A DNA stretch of 64,000 bases from Pseudomonadota bacterium (GTDB lineage Bacteria > Pseudomonadota > Gammaproteobacteria > JAKAQQ01), in the NCBI GenBank assembly GCA_021798115.1, contig JAJZYM010000001.1:44421-108420 (forward strand), given 5' to 3'. Positions 9,826-21,321 of the stretch are shown piece after piece. The translations under genes were made by a program, and so were the position numbers. Position 1 is the first letter of the stretch, and each line of letters begins with the position of its first letter. The notes below the pieces were generated by a model that searched no databases, had not been told where the DNA came from, and saw only the letters and a list, made by a program, of their open reading frames with translations.

Positions 9826-9899
9826 TGGCTGGGGGACGTGGATTCGAACCACGGTTCGCGGAGTCAGAGTCCGCTGTCCTACCGCTAGACGATCCCCCA
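9826..9899 (-). tRNA. tRNA-Gln (anticodon CUG)
   Basis: The minus-strand sequence TGGGGGATC GTCT AGCGGTA GGAC A GCGGA CTCTGAC TCCGC GAAC CGTGG TTCGAAT CCACG TCCCCCA G CCA folds as a cloverleaf. It has a U1:A72 pair, G73 discriminator, GGTTCGAATCC T-arm, encoded CCA and a CUG anticodon in a 7-nt loop. Confidence 0.85.
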
Positions 9900-9913
9900 G
9901 CGACGGCAACGGA

Positions 9914-10312
9914 TCAGCGCTTCGAGTACTGGCTGGCGCGACGGGCCTTGTGCAACCCCACCTTCTTGCGTTCGACAGCGCGTGGATCACGGGTCAGAAG
10001 GCCCTGCGCGCGCAGTGCCGAGCGCAGATCGGGTTTGTACGCGACAAGCGCCCGGGCAAGTCCGTGACGGACGGCACCGGCCTGTCCGCTGCCGCCTCCA
10101 CCGGTGACGGTGACCACGACATCCACCGTGTCGAGGAGTTCGGCCACACGCAGCGGCTGGCGAACGAGCATCTGCGAGGTCTCCCGCGGGAAATAGGCCT
10201 CGAGGGTGCGTCCGTTGACCGTGATATGTCCGGCGCCGGGCCTAAGAAAAACACGGGCCGCGGCGGTCTTGCGCCTCCCGGTCCCGTAGGTCTGGAACTT
10301 GCGTGTCGCCAT
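9914..10312 (-). CDS. rpsI: 30S ribosomal protein S9
   Basis: [35 protein letters not shown]...[13 protein letters not shown]. The start was chosen at the MATRKF methionine within the longer ORF. Confidence 0.9.
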   Translation of the reverse strand: MATRKFQTYGTGRRKTAAARVFLRPGAGHITVNGRTLEAYFPRETSQMLVRQPLRVAELLDTVDVVVTVTGGGGSGQAGAVRHGLARALVAYKPDLRSALRAQGLLTRDPRAVERKKVGLHKARRASQYSKR

Positions 10313-10347
10313 GGGTTTCCTCGTCGCGTCCTCGTGGGAGACGTGTG

Positions 10348-10800
10348 TCAGTCGGTCCCGGCGCGGGGCCCGCACGGCTCCCACGACTCGGGGTTTTGCG
10401 CGGCGTGCGGATGTTCCGCACCGCCATAAATCTTGAGTTTCCGGAGCATGGAACGACCCAGGGGATTCTTGGGCAGCATCCCGGCGACGGCGTCGCGGAC
10501 GATCCCCTCGGGGTCGTGGCCGACGCGGGTGCGGAAGGCCTCACTTTTGAGTCCGCCGATATAGCCCGAGTGGCGGTGGTACATTTTCGCCTCGTCCTTG
10601 CGTCCGGTGACGGCAACCCGCGTGGCGTTCACGACAACGACGAAATCGCCGGTATCGACGTGCGGCGTGTAGACCGGCTTATGCTTGCCGCGCAAGCGAT
10701 GGGCGACGGCACTCGCCAACCGTCCGAGCGGGAGACCGGCGGCGTCGACCAGATACCAGCGGCGCGCAACGTCGTCGCGACGCGCGGAGCGTGTGCTCAT
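10348..10800 (-). CDS. rplM: 50S ribosomal protein L13
   Basis: ...[47 protein letters not shown]...[17 protein letters not shown] matches the L13 signature. It lies directly upstream of rpsI, the conserved rplM-rpsI operon. Confidence 0.9.
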   Translation of the reverse strand: MSTRSARRDDVARRWYLVDAAGLPLGRLASAVAHRLRGKHKPVYTPHVDTGDFVVVVNATRVAVTGRKDEAKMYHRHSGYIGGLKSEAFRTRVGHDPEGIVRDAVAGMLPKNPLGRSMLRKLKIYGGAEHPHAAQNPESWEPCGPRAGTD

Positions 10801-10854
10801 TGCATCCTCGGAATCGATCCAGGGCCGATCATTATAGCACCGGGCGGGATCTTC

Positions 10855-11379
10855 TCAGGTCGCCTGGCGGTGCCGGGCGGCGGCCACCACGGCGCGGGCC
10901 TCCTCGACCCCGGCCCAACCGCGTACCTTCACGAACTTGCCCGTTTCGTGCGCCTTGTACTGCTCGAAAAAATGCGCGACAGTCGCCCGCCACCAGTCAG
11001 GGACATCGGGCAGATCCCTCCACCCGTCGTAGGCGGGTGTGAGTTTGGTCGTTGGCACGGCCACGACCTTCTCGTCCTCGCCTTTCTCGTCCTGCATGAG
11101 AAGAACGGCCACGGGCCGCGTGCGTAGAAGACTGGCGGGGAGCAGCGGGTAGGGCGTGGGCACAAGAGCGTCGAGAGGATCGCCGTCGTTGGCGAGCGTC
11201 TCGGGGATGTAACCGTAGTTGCAGGGATAAACCATCGCCGTGCTCAGGAAGCGGTCGACACGAAGGAGGTGCTGTTCTTTGTCGAACTCGTACTTGACCG
11301 GCAGCCCCTGGGCGGGGATTTCGACGAGGACGTCGAATTCACGGTCGGCGTCGTCGGACGGGCGGGAACGATCGGTCAT
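10855..11379 (-). CDS. ppa: inorganic pyrophosphatase
   Basis: [21 protein letters not shown]...[22 protein letters not shown] matches family I PPase motifs. The start was taken at MTDRSRP. Confidence 0.85.
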   Translation of the reverse strand: MTDRSRPSDDADREFDVLVEIPAQGLPVKYEFDKEQHLLRVDRFLSTAMVYPCNYGYIPETLANDGDPLDALVPTPYPLLPASLLRTRPVAVLLMQDEKGEDEKVVAVPTTKLTPAYDGWRDLPDVPDWWRATVAHFFEQYKAHETGKFVKVRGWAGVEEARAVVAAARHRQAT

Positions 11380-11498
11380 GGGGGCTCCACACGGCAATCA
11401 AGAAACATGAGCGTGTGGAATTCTAGCCCAACCGGCCCCTCTCCAAAAGATCGGGGTTTTTTCTACCATGAGGGCTCTCCTGCCTCGGACCCACGCGG

Positions 11499-12107
11499 AT
11501 GATGACGCTCTATACGGCCGCCACCGGCAACGGCGCCAAGCCCCTCCTCGTTCTTGAAGAGCTCGGCCTGCCCTACCGCCTGCATCTTCTCGATCTTGCC
11601 CGTCGCGAACAGGAGTCGCCCGCCTACCTCGCCTTGCACCCCGGAGGACGGATCCCCCTCTTACACGACGAGAGCAACGGCCTCGTTCTCTTCGAGTCCT
11701 TTGCGATCGCTCTCTACCTCTGCGAGAAGGCGGCGCGTCTTTTGCCGCTCGAACCGCGCACCCGCGCCCTGACCTTTCAGTGGACGGCCTACGTCGCCAC
11801 CAACCTCGAACCGCGCGGGCTCGTCCTCCACCGCGCGCAGCGCGAGGGCTGGATCGCGACGATCCCCCGCTCGTTCACCGAGGAGTACGACCGCTTTCTC
11901 GCCGTCCTGGACGAACATCTTGGAGACAGCCCTTTCCTCGCTGGGGAATTCACCGTCGCGGACCTTTTCGCGTACCCCTTCGCGCGCAATCTCGCCGCAC
12001 GCGACCCTGAGCGTTACGCCCGACTGCTTCGCCTCCAGAATTGGGCGACGGGCATCGGCGCGCGCGTCGCTGTTCGCGCCGCTTACGCGCGGCTCGAGCG
12101 CGCATGA
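11499..12107 (+). CDS. glutathione S-transferase family protein
   Basis: 202 aa with a GST N-terminal thioredoxin-like fold (LVLEELGLPYRLHLLDLARREQESPAYLALHPGGRIPLL, ESFAIALYL) and a C-terminal helical domain. Confidence 0.65.
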   Translation: MMTLYTAATGNGAKPLLVLEELGLPYRLHLLDLARREQESPAYLALHPGGRIPLLHDESNGLVLFESFAIALYLCEKAARLLPLEPRTRALTFQWTAYVATNLEPRGLVLHRAQREGWIATIPRSFTEEYDRFLAVLDEHLGDSPFLAGEFTVADLFAYPFARNLAARDPERYARLLRLQNWATGIGARVAVRAAYARLERA

Positions 12108-12958
12108 ACGGAACCACGCGCGAGCGACCCATCGGGGTCTTCGATTCAGGAGCGGGAGGCCTGACAGTCCTGCGCGCGCTCCGTGGCCGATTGCCGGGCG
12201 AACGTTTCCTCTATTTCGGGGATACGGCCCATCTCCCTTACGGGGACAAGAGCCCGTGGGCGGTGCGCCGACACGCACGGGCGGCCTGCGCACGGCTCGT
12301 CGCGGCCGAGATCAAGATGCTCGTGGTGGCCTGCAACACGGCCTCGGCCATCGCCCTCGACGATCTCACGCGTCGTTTCGCCCCGCTTCCGGTCTTGGGC
12401 GTCGTCGCCCCCGGTGCGGCGCGGGCGGCGGACACGGCCCGCGCGCGCATCGGTCTTCTGGCGACCGAGGCCACTCTCAGGACCGGCGCCTACACGCGCG
12501 CCATTCTCGAGCGGCGTCCAGGGCTCAGCGTGATCGGGGAAGCCGCACCCGTCCTGGTGGCCCTGGCCGAGCAGGGTTGGCACGAGGGTCCCGCCGCCGA
12601 AGCCTGCCTCGAACGCTATCTTGGCGCCTTACGGGCCCGCGCGCCCGACGCCGACGTTCTTCTTCTCGGGTGCACCCATTTCCCGCCGTTCCGCCCGACG
12701 CTTTTGCGGCTGCTCGGGCCAGGGATCACGGTGGTCGATTCGGCCGATGCCACGGCCGAGGCAGCCGCCGCGCTTCTTAAGGAAAAGAACCTTCTTCGTC
12801 CGGGGTCGGACGGGGGGCTCGTCGGGTGCACGGTCAGCGACAACGCCGAGAGATTCCGCCGCCTCGCCCCGTTATTTCTCGGCGAGGAGATCACCGAGAT
12901 CGGCGTAGAAGGGGGCGGCAAGGAAGGAGCACCGAACGCGGCGGGCGGCGGGTGCTGA
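12104..12958 (+). CDS. murI: glutamate racemase
   Basis: IGVFDSGAGGLTVL...LVVACNTAS...LLGCTHFP matches the two-cysteine racemase motifs. The ATG at 12104 overlaps the GST stop (ATGA). Confidence 0.85.
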   Translation: MNGTTRERPIGVFDSGAGGLTVLRALRGRLPGERFLYFGDTAHLPYGDKSPWAVRRHARAACARLVAAEIKMLVVACNTASAIALDDLTRRFAPLPVLGVVAPGAARAADTARARIGLLATEATLRTGAYTRAILERRPGLSVIGEAAPVLVALAEQGWHEGPAAEACLERYLGALRARAPDADVLLLGCTHFPPFRPTLLRLLGPGITVVDSADATAEAAAALLKEKNLLRPGSDGGLVGCTVSDNAERFRRLAPLFLGEEITEIGVEGGGKEGAPNAAGGGC

Positions 12959-12994
12959 GGCCTGCGCTCGCCGCCCGCTCAGCACGGCGGATCT

Positions 12995-13360
12995 TCAGGG
13001 CTTGGGCGGAGCGATGGGTTTGCGCGCCAGAACCCAGCGGGCCATGGCCTCGGCCTGGGCCAGGGTCAGATTGGGATGCGGAGGCATCGGAATTCCCCCC
13101 GTCCACGGATTCCAAACGCCGACACCGCCGTGGATGATCTTGTCGGCGAGATGCAGAACCGCCGTCTTGTCGCCACGGTAGTGGTACGCCACCCAGGCGT
13201 AGGCGGGGCCGACGATCTTGGCGTCGACGGCGTGGCAGACGAAGCAGCCCTGTTGCTTCATGAGGGCATGAACCGCGGATGTCGCCCGTGCCGAAGGAAA
13301 GGACAAGAACGCGACGACCAACAAAGAAGCCAGCGTGCCGAAGGAAAGGGGAATGCGCAT
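12995..13360 (-). CDS. monoheme class I cytochrome c (c551/c552-like) with signal peptide
   Basis: Signal peptide MRIPLSFGTLASLLVVAFLSFPSARA, then the heme-binding CFVCH motif and a distal Met region. Confidence 0.7.
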   Translation of the reverse strand: MRIPLSFGTLASLLVVAFLSFPSARATSAVHALMKQQGCFVCHAVDAKIVGPAYAWVAYHYRGDKTAVLHLADKIIHGGVGVWNPWTGGIPMPPHPNLTLAQAEAMARWVLARKPIAPPKP

Positions 13361-13415
13361 GAGCCCTCCGCTCGATGACAGGATTCCTGTCAATTATACC
13401 GTTAAGCCCGCACGC

Positions 13416-14849
13416 TCAGCCGCGGCTCGCCTCGACGCGAAGAATCCTGAGGGCGTTCGTCCCGCCCGCGACCCCCTCACGATCCCCGCGGGTCACGACC
13501 ACAAGGTCGCCCACCTTCACGGCTCCGATCTCGAGAAGACGTCGAACCGCTTCCCGAGGAACGTCGGATCCCGCCGCCAAGGGGTCGAAATCCACGGGGA
13601 CGACCCCCCGCATCAGGGTCACACGGGCGCGTGTGCGGGCGTTGCGGGTCAACGCGTAGATCGGCACCGCGGTGCGCACCCGCGAACAGAGCAGCGCCGT
13701 CGTCCCCGACTCGGTCAGCGCGGCGATCGCCTGCGCCCCGAGTCCGGAGGCGGCGTGGACGGCGGTCATGGCGATCGCCTCGTTGACCGTCTCCCACCGT
13801 TCGTCCCCGCGCAGCCGCGAACGGGTCGTGACACGTTCCTGTTCCGCACCCACACACACACGGGCCATGGCTTCGACGGCCTTGACAGGATGGCGACCGA
13901 CCGCCGACTCGGCCGAGAGCATGACCGCGTCCGTTCCGTCGAAGACGGCGTTGGCCACGTCGAGAACCTCGGCCCGGGTCGGCACGGGCGAGTGGACCAT
14001 CGATTCCATCATCTGGGTGGCGGTGATCACGAGCGCCTTCGTCTCGTGGGCCGTGCGCAGAATGCGCTTTTGGGCGCCGGCGAGTTCCCAGTCGCCGATC
14101 TCGACCGCAAGATCACCACGCGCCACCATCACCCCCGCGGCAATGTCGCACAGTGGGCGCACGTTGGCAAGAGCCTCGGCGCGTTCGATCTTGGCGATCA
14201 CCCCGGCGTCGGAGCCGGCCGCGTCGAGAAGACGATGGGCCTCGCGGACGTCGTCGGCGTCGCGGGCAAACGAGAGCGCCACGTAGTCGGCGCCAATGTC
14301 GGCCGCGGTGTGGATATCGGCGCGGTCTTTGTCGGTGAGGCAGAGAGCGCTCAAGCCCCCGCCCTGACGGTTGAGCCCCTTGTGGTCGCTCAAAACCCCC
14401 CCCGTCACGACCCGACAATCGACGGTGGTGGCGGTCGTGGCGGTCACACTCAGGACGAGTTGCCCGTCGTCGAGTAGGAGCCGATCGCCCGGGTGGACGT
14501 CGGAGGGAAGCGCCGGGTAGTTCACCCCGACCCGCCCGCCGTCCGCGGGCGCGTCCCCGAGTTCGGTATCGAGCACCAGACGATCGCCTTCAGCCAACGT
14601 GAGCGCGCCGCCGCGGAAACGGCCGATGCGGATCTTGGGCCCGGCCAGGTCGAGCAGGACCCCAACGTCACGGCCCACGCGGGACGCGGCCGCCCGCGCC
14701 TCGCGCGCCAGCCGCTCGATCAGGTCGCGGTCTCCGTGGGCGGCGTTGATGCGCACGAGATCGACCCCGGCGCGGACCATGGCCTCGAGAACGGCCCCGT
14801 CTTGGCTCGCGGGCCCAAGAGTGGCGATGATTTTGGTGCGCCGCATCAC
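13416..14849 (-). CDS. pyk: pyruvate kinase
   Basis: [15 protein letters not shown]... and the ...[12 protein letters not shown]... motif, with a full-length alignment-like match at 477 aa. Confidence 0.9.
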   Translation of the reverse strand: MMRRTKIIATLGPASQDGAVLEAMVRAGVDLVRINAAHGDRDLIERLAREARAAASRVGRDVGVLLDLAGPKIRIGRFRGGALTLAEGDRLVLDTELGDAPADGGRVGVNYPALPSDVHPGDRLLLDDGQLVLSVTATTATTVDCRVVTGGVLSDHKGLNRQGGGLSALCLTDKDRADIHTAADIGADYVALSFARDADDVREAHRLLDAAGSDAGVIAKIERAEALANVRPLCDIAAGVMVARGDLAVEIGDWELAGAQKRILRTAHETKALVITATQMMESMVHSPVPTRAEVLDVANAVFDGTDAVMLSAESAVGRHPVKAVEAMARVCVGAEQERVTTRSRLRGDERWETVNEAIAMTAVHAASGLGAQAIAALTESGTTALLCSRVRTAVPIYALTRNARTRARVTLMRGVVPVDFDPLAAGSDVPREAVRRLLEIGAVKVGDLVVVTRGDREGVAGGTNALRILRVEASRG

Positions 14850-16036
14850 CCGCTCCGCCCGCGGGCGGCCAGCGCCTCGAGAGCGGGCATCCGCCCGCCC
14901 TCGAGGAGAGTGAGGAAGGCCCCCCCTCCGGTCGAAACGTAGGACATCGCCCCCAGAAGGCCGAAGCGCTCGAGCGCGGCGAGCGTATCCCCTCCCCCGA
15001 CGAGGGTGTAGCCGCGCGATTGCGCCACCGCCTGGGCCAGGCCGCGTGTGCCGTCGGCGAACTGAGGATGCTCAAAGACGCCGAGAGGTCCGTTCCAAAG
15101 AACCGTGCCAGCTTCGCGGCAGAGAGGCCCCCACGCGGCCACCGTCTCGGGACCGATGTCGAGGATCATGTCGTCCGCGCCCACGGCACCGAGCGGGCGG
15201 ACGTCGGCTTCGGCCGTCGGGTCCGGCGCGCGGGCGACGACCACATCGATCGGGAGCGGCACCTCGACCTTCCGCGCGCGGGCACGCGCAAGAAGAGCGG
15301 CCGTCGCGTCCACTTCCCCCGGTTCGTGGAGCGAGCGACCGACCCCGACGCCGCGGGCGGCGAGCACGGTGTTGAGGATGCCGCCTCCCAGAAGAAGGGC
15401 GTCCACCCTCTCGAGAAGCGCTCCAAGAAGGGAAAACTTCGTCGACACCTTCGCCCCCCCGACGATGGCAACCACCGGCCGCTCGGGGGCGTCGCGGGCC
15501 CGGGTGATGGCTTCGACTTCGGCGACGAGAAGAGGTCCGGCGCAAGCGCGGGGGGCGGCGAGGACAGCGCTGTGGGTCGAGGCCTCGGCACGGTGTGCGG
15601 TCGCAAAGGCGTCCATGACGTAGACGTCACCGAGCGTGCCGAGAACGCGCCCCCAGTCCTCGTCGTCGCGGACCTCGCCCGGAAAGAAGCGGAGATTCTC
15701 GAGGAGGAGGATCCTCTCCGGCCCTCCCCATCCCGAGATCAGGGCGTCGGGGGTTGCGCAGAGACGGACACGTTCGCCCAAGATCTCGTCGAGAGCGGCG
15801 GCCACCGGAGCGAGAGACAGCGACGGATCCCACGTCCCCCGTGGGCGGCCGAGATGGGAGAGGCAGGCCACGCGAGCGCCACCCTCGAGCAGGAGGCGCA
15901 ACGTGGGGAGAGCGGCGCGCAGCCGGGCGTCGCTCGCGACCCGCCCGCCCTCGAGCGGGACGTTGAAATCCTCGCGCACGACGACCCGTCGCCCGCGCCA
16001 GTCGACGTCGTGAAGCGTCGGGAACACAACGGCCAC
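14846..16036 (-). CDS. pgk: phosphoglycerate kinase
   Basis: FPTLHDVDWRGRRVVVREDFNVP...VVAIVGGAKVSTKF...VSTGGGAFL. GTG at 16036 sits 2 nt downstream of the gap stop, so the in-frame N-terminal extension of the ORF was rejected. Confidence 0.9.
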   Translation of the reverse strand: MAVVFPTLHDVDWRGRRVVVREDFNVPLEGGRVASDARLRAALPTLRLLLEGGARVACLSHLGRPRGTWDPSLSLAPVAAALDEILGERVRLCATPDALISGWGGPERILLLENLRFFPGEVRDDEDWGRVLGTLGDVYVMDAFATAHRAEASTHSAVLAAPRACAGPLLVAEVEAITRARDAPERPVVAIVGGAKVSTKFSLLGALLERVDALLLGGGILNTVLAARGVGVGRSLHEPGEVDATAALLARARARKVEVPLPIDVVVARAPDPTAEADVRPLGAVGADDMILDIGPETVAAWGPLCREAGTVLWNGPLGVFEHPQFADGTRGLAQAVAQSRGYTLVGGGDTLAALERFGLLGAMSYVSTGGGAFLTLLEGGRMPALEALAARGRSG

Positions 16037-16038
16037 GG

Positions 16039-17049
16039 TCAACGGGCCGCGAGCCACGCGTGCGCGGTATCGAGCATGCGGTTCGAGAACCCCCACTCGT
16101 TGTCGTACCAGGCACAGACCTTGACGAGACGGCCCCCATTGACGCGCGTCAGTGTCGCGTCGTAGATCGACGAGGCCGGTTGATGGTTGAAGTCGATCGA
16201 GACCAAGGGTTCCTCATTGACGACCAGAATCCCGTGGAGCCCCCCCTCGGCGGCCCGCCGGAGAACGGCGTCCACCTCTTCACGGCTCGTCTCGCGGGCG
16301 GCCACAAACGTCAGATCGAGGAAGGAGACGTTGGCGGTCGGCACCCGCACGCTGTAGCCGTCGAGACGGCCCGCCAGCTCGGGCAGGACGAGACCCACGG
16401 CCACCGCCGCACCGGTCTTGGTCGGGATCATCGACAGCAGTGAAGAGCGGGCGCGTCGGGGATCCTTGTGGTAGACGTCCAAAACCACCTGGTCGTTGGT
16501 GGCGGCGTGCACCGTCACCATGAGACCGCGCTCGATCCCGATCTCGCGCGCCAAAGGGTGCACGAGCGGCGCGAGACAGTTGGTGGTGCACGAGGCGTTC
16601 GAGACAATCGTTTCCGCGGCCGTGAGTCGCTCGTGGTTGACCCCGTAGACGATCGTGGTCACATCGTCGCCGGCCGGAGCCGAGATGAGGACTTTGCGCG
16701 CCCCCGCGGCGAGATGCTGGCTGGCCTTGGCACGGCTGGCGAACGCTCCCGTGCACTCGAGAACGAGATCGATCCCGAGCTCTTTCCAGGGAAGCCGGCT
16801 CGGGTCGCGTTCGCTCAGCACACGAATCTTGGTCTCACCCACCACCAGAGACTCCCCCTCGCTCCGGACCGGGACGGGGAACGCCCCGTGGACCGAGTCG
16901 TGGCGGGTCAGGCGCACGTTGCTCTCGAGATCGGCGAGATCGTTGATGGCGACGATCTCGAAATCCCGAGACCGGCGGGTTTCGACGAACGCGCGCAGCA
17001 CGTTGCGTCCGATGCGGCCGTAGCCGTTGAGGGCAAGTCGCGGACTCAT
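16039..17049 (-). CDS. gap: glyceraldehyde-3-phosphate dehydrogenase
   Basis: [14 protein letters not shown]...[13 protein letters not shown]. The ATG overlaps the tkt stop (ATGA). Confidence 0.9.
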   Translation of the reverse strand: MSPRLALNGYGRIGRNVLRAFVETRRSRDFEIVAINDLADLESNVRLTRHDSVHGAFPVPVRSEGESLVVGETKIRVLSERDPSRLPWKELGIDLVLECTGAFASRAKASQHLAAGARKVLISAPAGDDVTTIVYGVNHERLTAAETIVSNASCTTNCLAPLVHPLAREIGIERGLMVTVHAATNDQVVLDVYHKDPRRARSSLLSMIPTKTGAAVAVGLVLPELAGRLDGYSVRVPTANVSFLDLTFVAARETSREEVDAVLRRAAEGGLHGILVVNEEPLVSIDFNHQPASSIYDATLTRVNGGRLVKVCAWYDNEWGFSNRMLDTAHAWLAAR

Positions 17050-19082
17050 GCTTGATCTCCGGATGAAGAAGCCAAAAGCGTACGGGCGCGCGCGCAGACG
17101 GTCTCGACATCGAAGCCGAGGGCACGCGCAACCTCGGGTCCGGGCGCCGAGAGCCCGAAGCGGTCAAGGCCCAGAACGGCGCCGCGGGGGCCGGCGAGGC
17201 CGGCCCAGGCGGCGGTGGCCCCAGCCTCGATGACGAGGCGGCGTTCGAGAGCGGAGGGCAGAATCCGCTCCCGGTAGGCAGGATCTTGCCGTTCGAAGAC
17301 CTCACGCGAGGGCATCGAAACCACACGGACGGCGCGCCCCTCGGCTGCCAGGCGGGCGGCCGCCTCGGTGGCCAGCGCGACCTCGGAGCCGGTGGCCAGA
17401 AGCAGGAGCTCGGGCGGCTTCGACGGTTCGCTCACGATGTAGGCCCCACGCGCGACGTCCTCCTCCACCGGATGCGGAAGCGGGGGGAGACCCTGGCGGC
17501 TGAGCACGATGAGGGTCGGCCCGTCGCGTCGCGTGAGGGCATCGCGCCAGGCGACGACCGTCTCGAACGCGTCCGCGGGTCGCCAGAGGGTGATCCCGGG
17601 AATGAGGCGCAACGAAGCGAGCTGCTCGATCGGCTGGTGGGTCGGACCGTCCTCCCCGAGCCAGATCGAGTCGTGGCTGAGGAGGTAGATCGCCGGAAGA
17701 CGCATGAGGGCCGCGAGACGCAGGGCGTTGCGAGCGTAGTCGGTGAAGACCAGGAAGGTGGCCCCGAACGGGATCAGCCCGCCGTGGAGAGCGAGCCCGT
17801 TGACGGCCGCGACCATGGCAAACTCGCGCACGCCGTAGTGAAGATAACGGCCCTCGAAGGCCCCCGGTCGGATCGCCTCCGCCCCCTCCCAAAGCGTCGC
17901 GTTCGACTCGGAGAGATCGGCCGAGCCGCCGACGAGCTCCGGAAGAGCCGGCGCGATCGCTCCGAGCACCGCATGCGAGGAGCGCCGGGTGGCCTCGGGC
18001 TTCGTAAGCGTGCGGGTGCGCTCGAATGCGTTCCGCCAGCAGGCCTCGAGATCTTCGGGGAGATCCCGCCTCAAGCGCCGCTCGAACTCCTCGGCCAGCG
18101 CGGGGAACGCACGGCGGTAGGACGCCAAACGATGCTCCCACTCGGCCACCAGCGCGGCTCCGGCCTCCCGGCGATCGAAGGCGGCGTAGATTTCGGGAGG
18201 AATCTCAAACGGCGGATAGGGCCAACCGAGTTCCGCGCGCGCGCGCGCCACCTCTTCCGCCCCGAGGGGGGAGCCGTGGGCTTCGGCCGTTCCCTGCTTG
18301 TCGGGAGCTCCGTACCCGATCACCGTACGGCAGAGAATGAGGGTCGGCCGATCCTCGCCGCTGCGGGCCTCGAGGATTGCACGGTTCACCGCCTCACCAT
18401 CCAGGCCGTCGACGGGGCCGAGCACGCGCCAGCCGTAGGCACGGAAACGGCCGGCCGTATCATCACGGAACCAGCCGTCGACGGCTCCGTCGATGGAGAT
18501 GCCGTTGTCGTCGTAAAGAACCACAAGGCGGCCGAGTCCCAGGCTTCCGGCAAGTGAGGCGGCCTCGTGCGAGACGCCTTCCATCAGGCAGCCGTCGCCC
18601 ACGAACACGTAGGTGCGATGATCGACGAGGGTGTGGCCCGGACGGTTGAAGGTTTGGGCCAGAAGACGCTCGGCCAACGCCATGCCCACGGCGTGGGCGA
18701 AGCCCTGACCGAGAGGACCGGTGGTGGTCTCCACGCCCGGCGTGAGTCCGTGCTCCGGGTGCCCCGGTGTCCGGGAGTGAAGCTGGCGAAAAGCCTTGAG
18801 ATCCTCGATCCCGAGCTCGTAGCCGGTCAGGTGCAGGACCGCGTAGAGCAGCATCGACCCGTGTCCGTTCGAAAGCACGAAACGGTCGCGATCCGGCCAG
18901 TCCGGATGACGGGGAGAGAAACGGAGATGGTCGAGAAACAGGGTTTCGGCGATATCGGCCATGCCCATGGGCATGCCGGGATGACCCGAGCGCGCTTTCT
19001 CGACGGCGTCCATGGCGAGAGCGCGGATGGCGTTGGCCCTGAACCGGCGTCCTGTCGGGGAAGGGCGAGGATGGGACGGCAC
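17046..19082 (-). CDS. tkt: transketolase
   Basis: [31 protein letters not shown]...[13 protein letters not shown]... at 678 aa. The N-terminal start may lie a few codons inside the ORF. Confidence 0.9.
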   Translation of the reverse strand: MPSHPRPSPTGRRFRANAIRALAMDAVEKARSGHPGMPMGMADIAETLFLDHLRFSPRHPDWPDRDRFVLSNGHGSMLLYAVLHLTGYELGIEDLKAFRQLHSRTPGHPEHGLTPGVETTTGPLGQGFAHAVGMALAERLLAQTFNRPGHTLVDHRTYVFVGDGCLMEGVSHEAASLAGSLGLGRLVVLYDDNGISIDGAVDGWFRDDTAGRFRAYGWRVLGPVDGLDGEAVNRAILEARSGEDRPTLILCRTVIGYGAPDKQGTAEAHGSPLGAEEVARARAELGWPYPPFEIPPEIYAAFDRREAGAALVAEWEHRLASYRRAFPALAEEFERRLRRDLPEDLEACWRNAFERTRTLTKPEATRRSSHAVLGAIAPALPELVGGSADLSESNATLWEGAEAIRPGAFEGRYLHYGVREFAMVAAVNGLALHGGLIPFGATFLVFTDYARNALRLAALMRLPAIYLLSHDSIWLGEDGPTHQPIEQLASLRLIPGITLWRPADAFETVVAWRDALTRRDGPTLIVLSRQGLPPLPHPVEEDVARGAYIVSEPSKPPELLLLATGSEVALATEAAARLAAEGRAVRVVSMPSREVFERQDPAYRERILPSALERRLVIEAGATAAWAGLAGPRGAVLGLDRFGLSAPGPEVARALGFDVETVCARARTLLASSSGDQA

Positions 19083-19226
19083 GGCCAGGGGCTCCGGAAA
19101 GCGCTCACGCGTCGGACCCGACCAATTGTCACCGATCCTTCGCTCACGGGCAAGCCCTCTCGCCCGCGGTCACGAGGAGCGCTCGCCGTCACGGCAGGCG
19201 CGAGCGCACCGCTCGGGTTCACAAAA

Positions 19227-19244
19227 CTGTCATAAATCTGCCAT
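19227..19244. promoter_or_regulatory. putative Pho box (PhoB binding site) upstream of pstS
   Basis: CTGTCATAAATCTGCCAT is two 7-bp CTGTCAT-type direct repeats with an 11-bp period. It lies 45-62 bp upstream of the pstS start codon and may also serve the divergent tkt promoter. Confidence 0.45.
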
Positions 19245-19288
19245 ATGCTTCCGCTGTCCTCCCTCCGACGTCGCTCCGAAGTCCCGTT

Positions 19289-20359
19289 ATGAACCACCGC
19301 CGCTCATTCTTGCTCGTCTCTCTCGTCCTGCTACTCGCGCCGAGCCTCGCGCCCTCGCCCGCCCTCGCCACCCGCCGCCCGGCGGTTCTCAGCGAGACCG
19401 GCTCGACCCTGCTCTACCCACTCTTCAACCTGTGGGCCGCCCGCTACACGCGGCTTGACCACGACGTACGGATCACCACTGAGGCGACGGGCAGCGGAAC
19501 GGGCATCGCCCAGGCGCTCGCGGGGCTGGTCAGCCTTGGGGCTTCCGACGCCTACCTGAGCAATTTTCTCGCCCAAAAAAATCCGGGACTACTCAACATC
19601 CCGCTCGCCATCTCCAGCCAGACGATCAACTACCATCTTCCGCATCTCGACGGCCGATCCCTGCGCCTCTCCGGCCCGGTGCTGGCCGCCATCTACGACG
19701 GGCAAATCCGCCGCTGGGACGCCCCCGCGATCGCCGCACTCAATCCCGGCGTACCGCTTCCCAATCACCGCATCGTGGTCGTGCACCGCAGCGACGGCAG
19801 CGGCGACACCTTCATCTTCACCCAGTATCTGAGTTTCACCACCCCGGGTTGGGAGCAGAGCGTGGGCTACGGCACGACGGTCAACTGGCCGGCGGTGGCG
19901 GGCGAAATCGGCGCGACGGGCAACCCCGGTATGGTCCAGGCGCTCGACACCACCCCTTACGCCATCGCTTACGTCGGCGTGAGCTACGCGCGGGCGATCC
20001 GCCGTGAGCACCTCGGAACGGCCCGTCTCGAGAACCGTGACGGGCGTTTCGTCTCCCTCACCCCGGCGACGGTCGAAGCGGCCGCACGTGCACGCCGTGC
20101 GAAGACTCCGGCCAGCGAACGGCTGAGCCTCGTCGATGCCCCCGGGGCCAACGCCTACCCGATCGTCAACTACGAGTACGTCATGGTCCGTGTCCACCAG
20201 CCCTCAGCCCGAATCGCCCAGGCGCTGCGCCGGTTCCTCACCTGGTGCCTGAACCCGCGAGGCGGGAGCGCCCGCACGTTTCTTGACGCGGTCGGCTTCG
20301 TCGGTCTGCCAAAAAGCGTGCGCCAACTCAGCCGCCGTCAAATCGCCCGCATCCGCTGA
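19289..20359 (+). CDS. pstS: phosphate ABC transporter substrate-binding protein
   Basis: A signal peptide plus the PstS/PBP superfamily features (SGSGT, TFIFTQY, NPGMVQA...YAIAYVGVSYA). Confidence 0.85.
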   Translation: MNHRRSFLLVSLVLLLAPSLAPSPALATRRPAVLSETGSTLLYPLFNLWAARYTRLDHDVRITTEATGSGTGIAQALAGLVSLGASDAYLSNFLAQKNPGLLNIPLAISSQTINYHLPHLDGRSLRLSGPVLAAIYDGQIRRWDAPAIAALNPGVPLPNHRIVVVHRSDGSGDTFIFTQYLSFTTPGWEQSVGYGTTVNWPAVAGEIGATGNPGMVQALDTTPYAIAYVGVSYARAIRREHLGTARLENRDGRFVSLTPATVEAAARARRAKTPASERLSLVDAPGANAYPIVNYEYVMVRVHQPSARIAQALRRFLTWCLNPRGGSARTFLDAVGFVGLPKSVRQLSRRQIARIR

Positions 20360-20373
20360 CCGCCCCTCCCACG

Positions 20374-21321
20374 ATGCGCCGCCTGACCGCCACGGCCGCC
20401 GCCACCGTACCGCTCATCCTCGCGGTCATCACCGGCTTCCTGGTTTTCTACGCGGCGCGGGCCATCCGATTCAACGGTCTCGCCTTCTTCACCACAAACG
20501 GCTGGAGCATCGGCAACCAGTACGCCAACCCGATTCACGTGCACGGCATCCTGGCCATGCCGGGCATGCATTTCGGCATCGTGTTTCTGCTCGTGGGCAC
20601 GCTGGCCAGCGCGTTCCTCGCCCTTCTCTTCGCCTTCGCCCTCGGCATCGGCGCGACCCTCTTCCTCACCGAAATCGTCCCGACCCGCTTGACGCGCCCG
20701 CTGTCGACATTCGTCGAACTTCTCGCCGCCATCCCAAGTGTGGTCTACGGACTCTGGGGGATCGTCTTCCTCGCCCCCTTCCTCGCCCGGCACGTCTACC
20801 CGCTCGTGGCCCGTCTCGGAGAGGCGGTGCCGTTTCTCGCCCGACCGATCGGGGCCGGCTACGGTTTGCTCACCTCGGCGCTCATCCTCACCCTCATGAT
20901 CGTTCCCTTCATCACGGCGATCCTGCGTGACGCGCTTCTCGCCGTCGGGCCCGAACTCCGCGAGGCGGCCATCAGCCTCGGGGCGACCCGCTTCGAAGTC
21001 GCCACACGGGTGCTGCTCCGCGGGCAGGGCCGCACGCTGATCGGCGCGGGCATCCTGGCCCTGGGACGTGCGCTCGGAGAGACGATGGCGGTCCTCATGG
21101 TGAGCGGCAATGCCCTCAACACGCTGCCCGAGAGGATTTACAGTCCGATCTCGACCATGGCCGCGTTCATCGCCGCCCAGCTCGACAGCGCTCTCGGCGA
21201 TCAGACGGGGCTCGCCGTCCGCTCGTTGGCCGAGATCGCACTCGTGCTCCTGGCGATCTCGATCCTCACCAACATTCTCTCGCGGCTCCTCCTGCGCACG
21301 AGCCCGCCGCTCCGTGTCTGA
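20374..21321 (+). CDS. pstC: phosphate ABC transporter permease PstC
   Basis: Multi-TM permease with the ABC transmembrane signature (...AISLGATRFEVATRVLL...). Confidence 0.85.
   Translation: MRRLTATAAATVPLILAVITGFLVFYAARAIRFNGLAFFTTNGWSIGNQYANPIHVHGILAMPGMHFGIVFLLVGTLASAFLALLFAFALGIGATLFLTEIVPTRLTRPLSTFVELLAAIPSVVYGLWGIVFLAPFLARHVYPLVARLGEAVPFLARPIGAGYGLLTSALILTLMIVPFITAILRDALLAVGPELREAAISLGATRFEVATRVLLRGQGRTLIGAGILALGRALGETMAVLMVSGNALNTLPERIYSPISTMAAFIAAQLDSALGDQTGLAVRSLAEIALVLLAISILTNILSRLLLRTSPPLRV

Noticed and set aside
17286-18557. 423-aa plus-strand ORF (also 20338..21543 minus, 30738..32063 plus, 15020..16165 plus, 13335..14477 plus)
   Set aside because: These are antisense shadows of tkt, pstC/pstA, the GT4/aminotransferase genes, pgk and pyk respectively. 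They show Arg/Gly/Pro-rich composition with no domain signatures.
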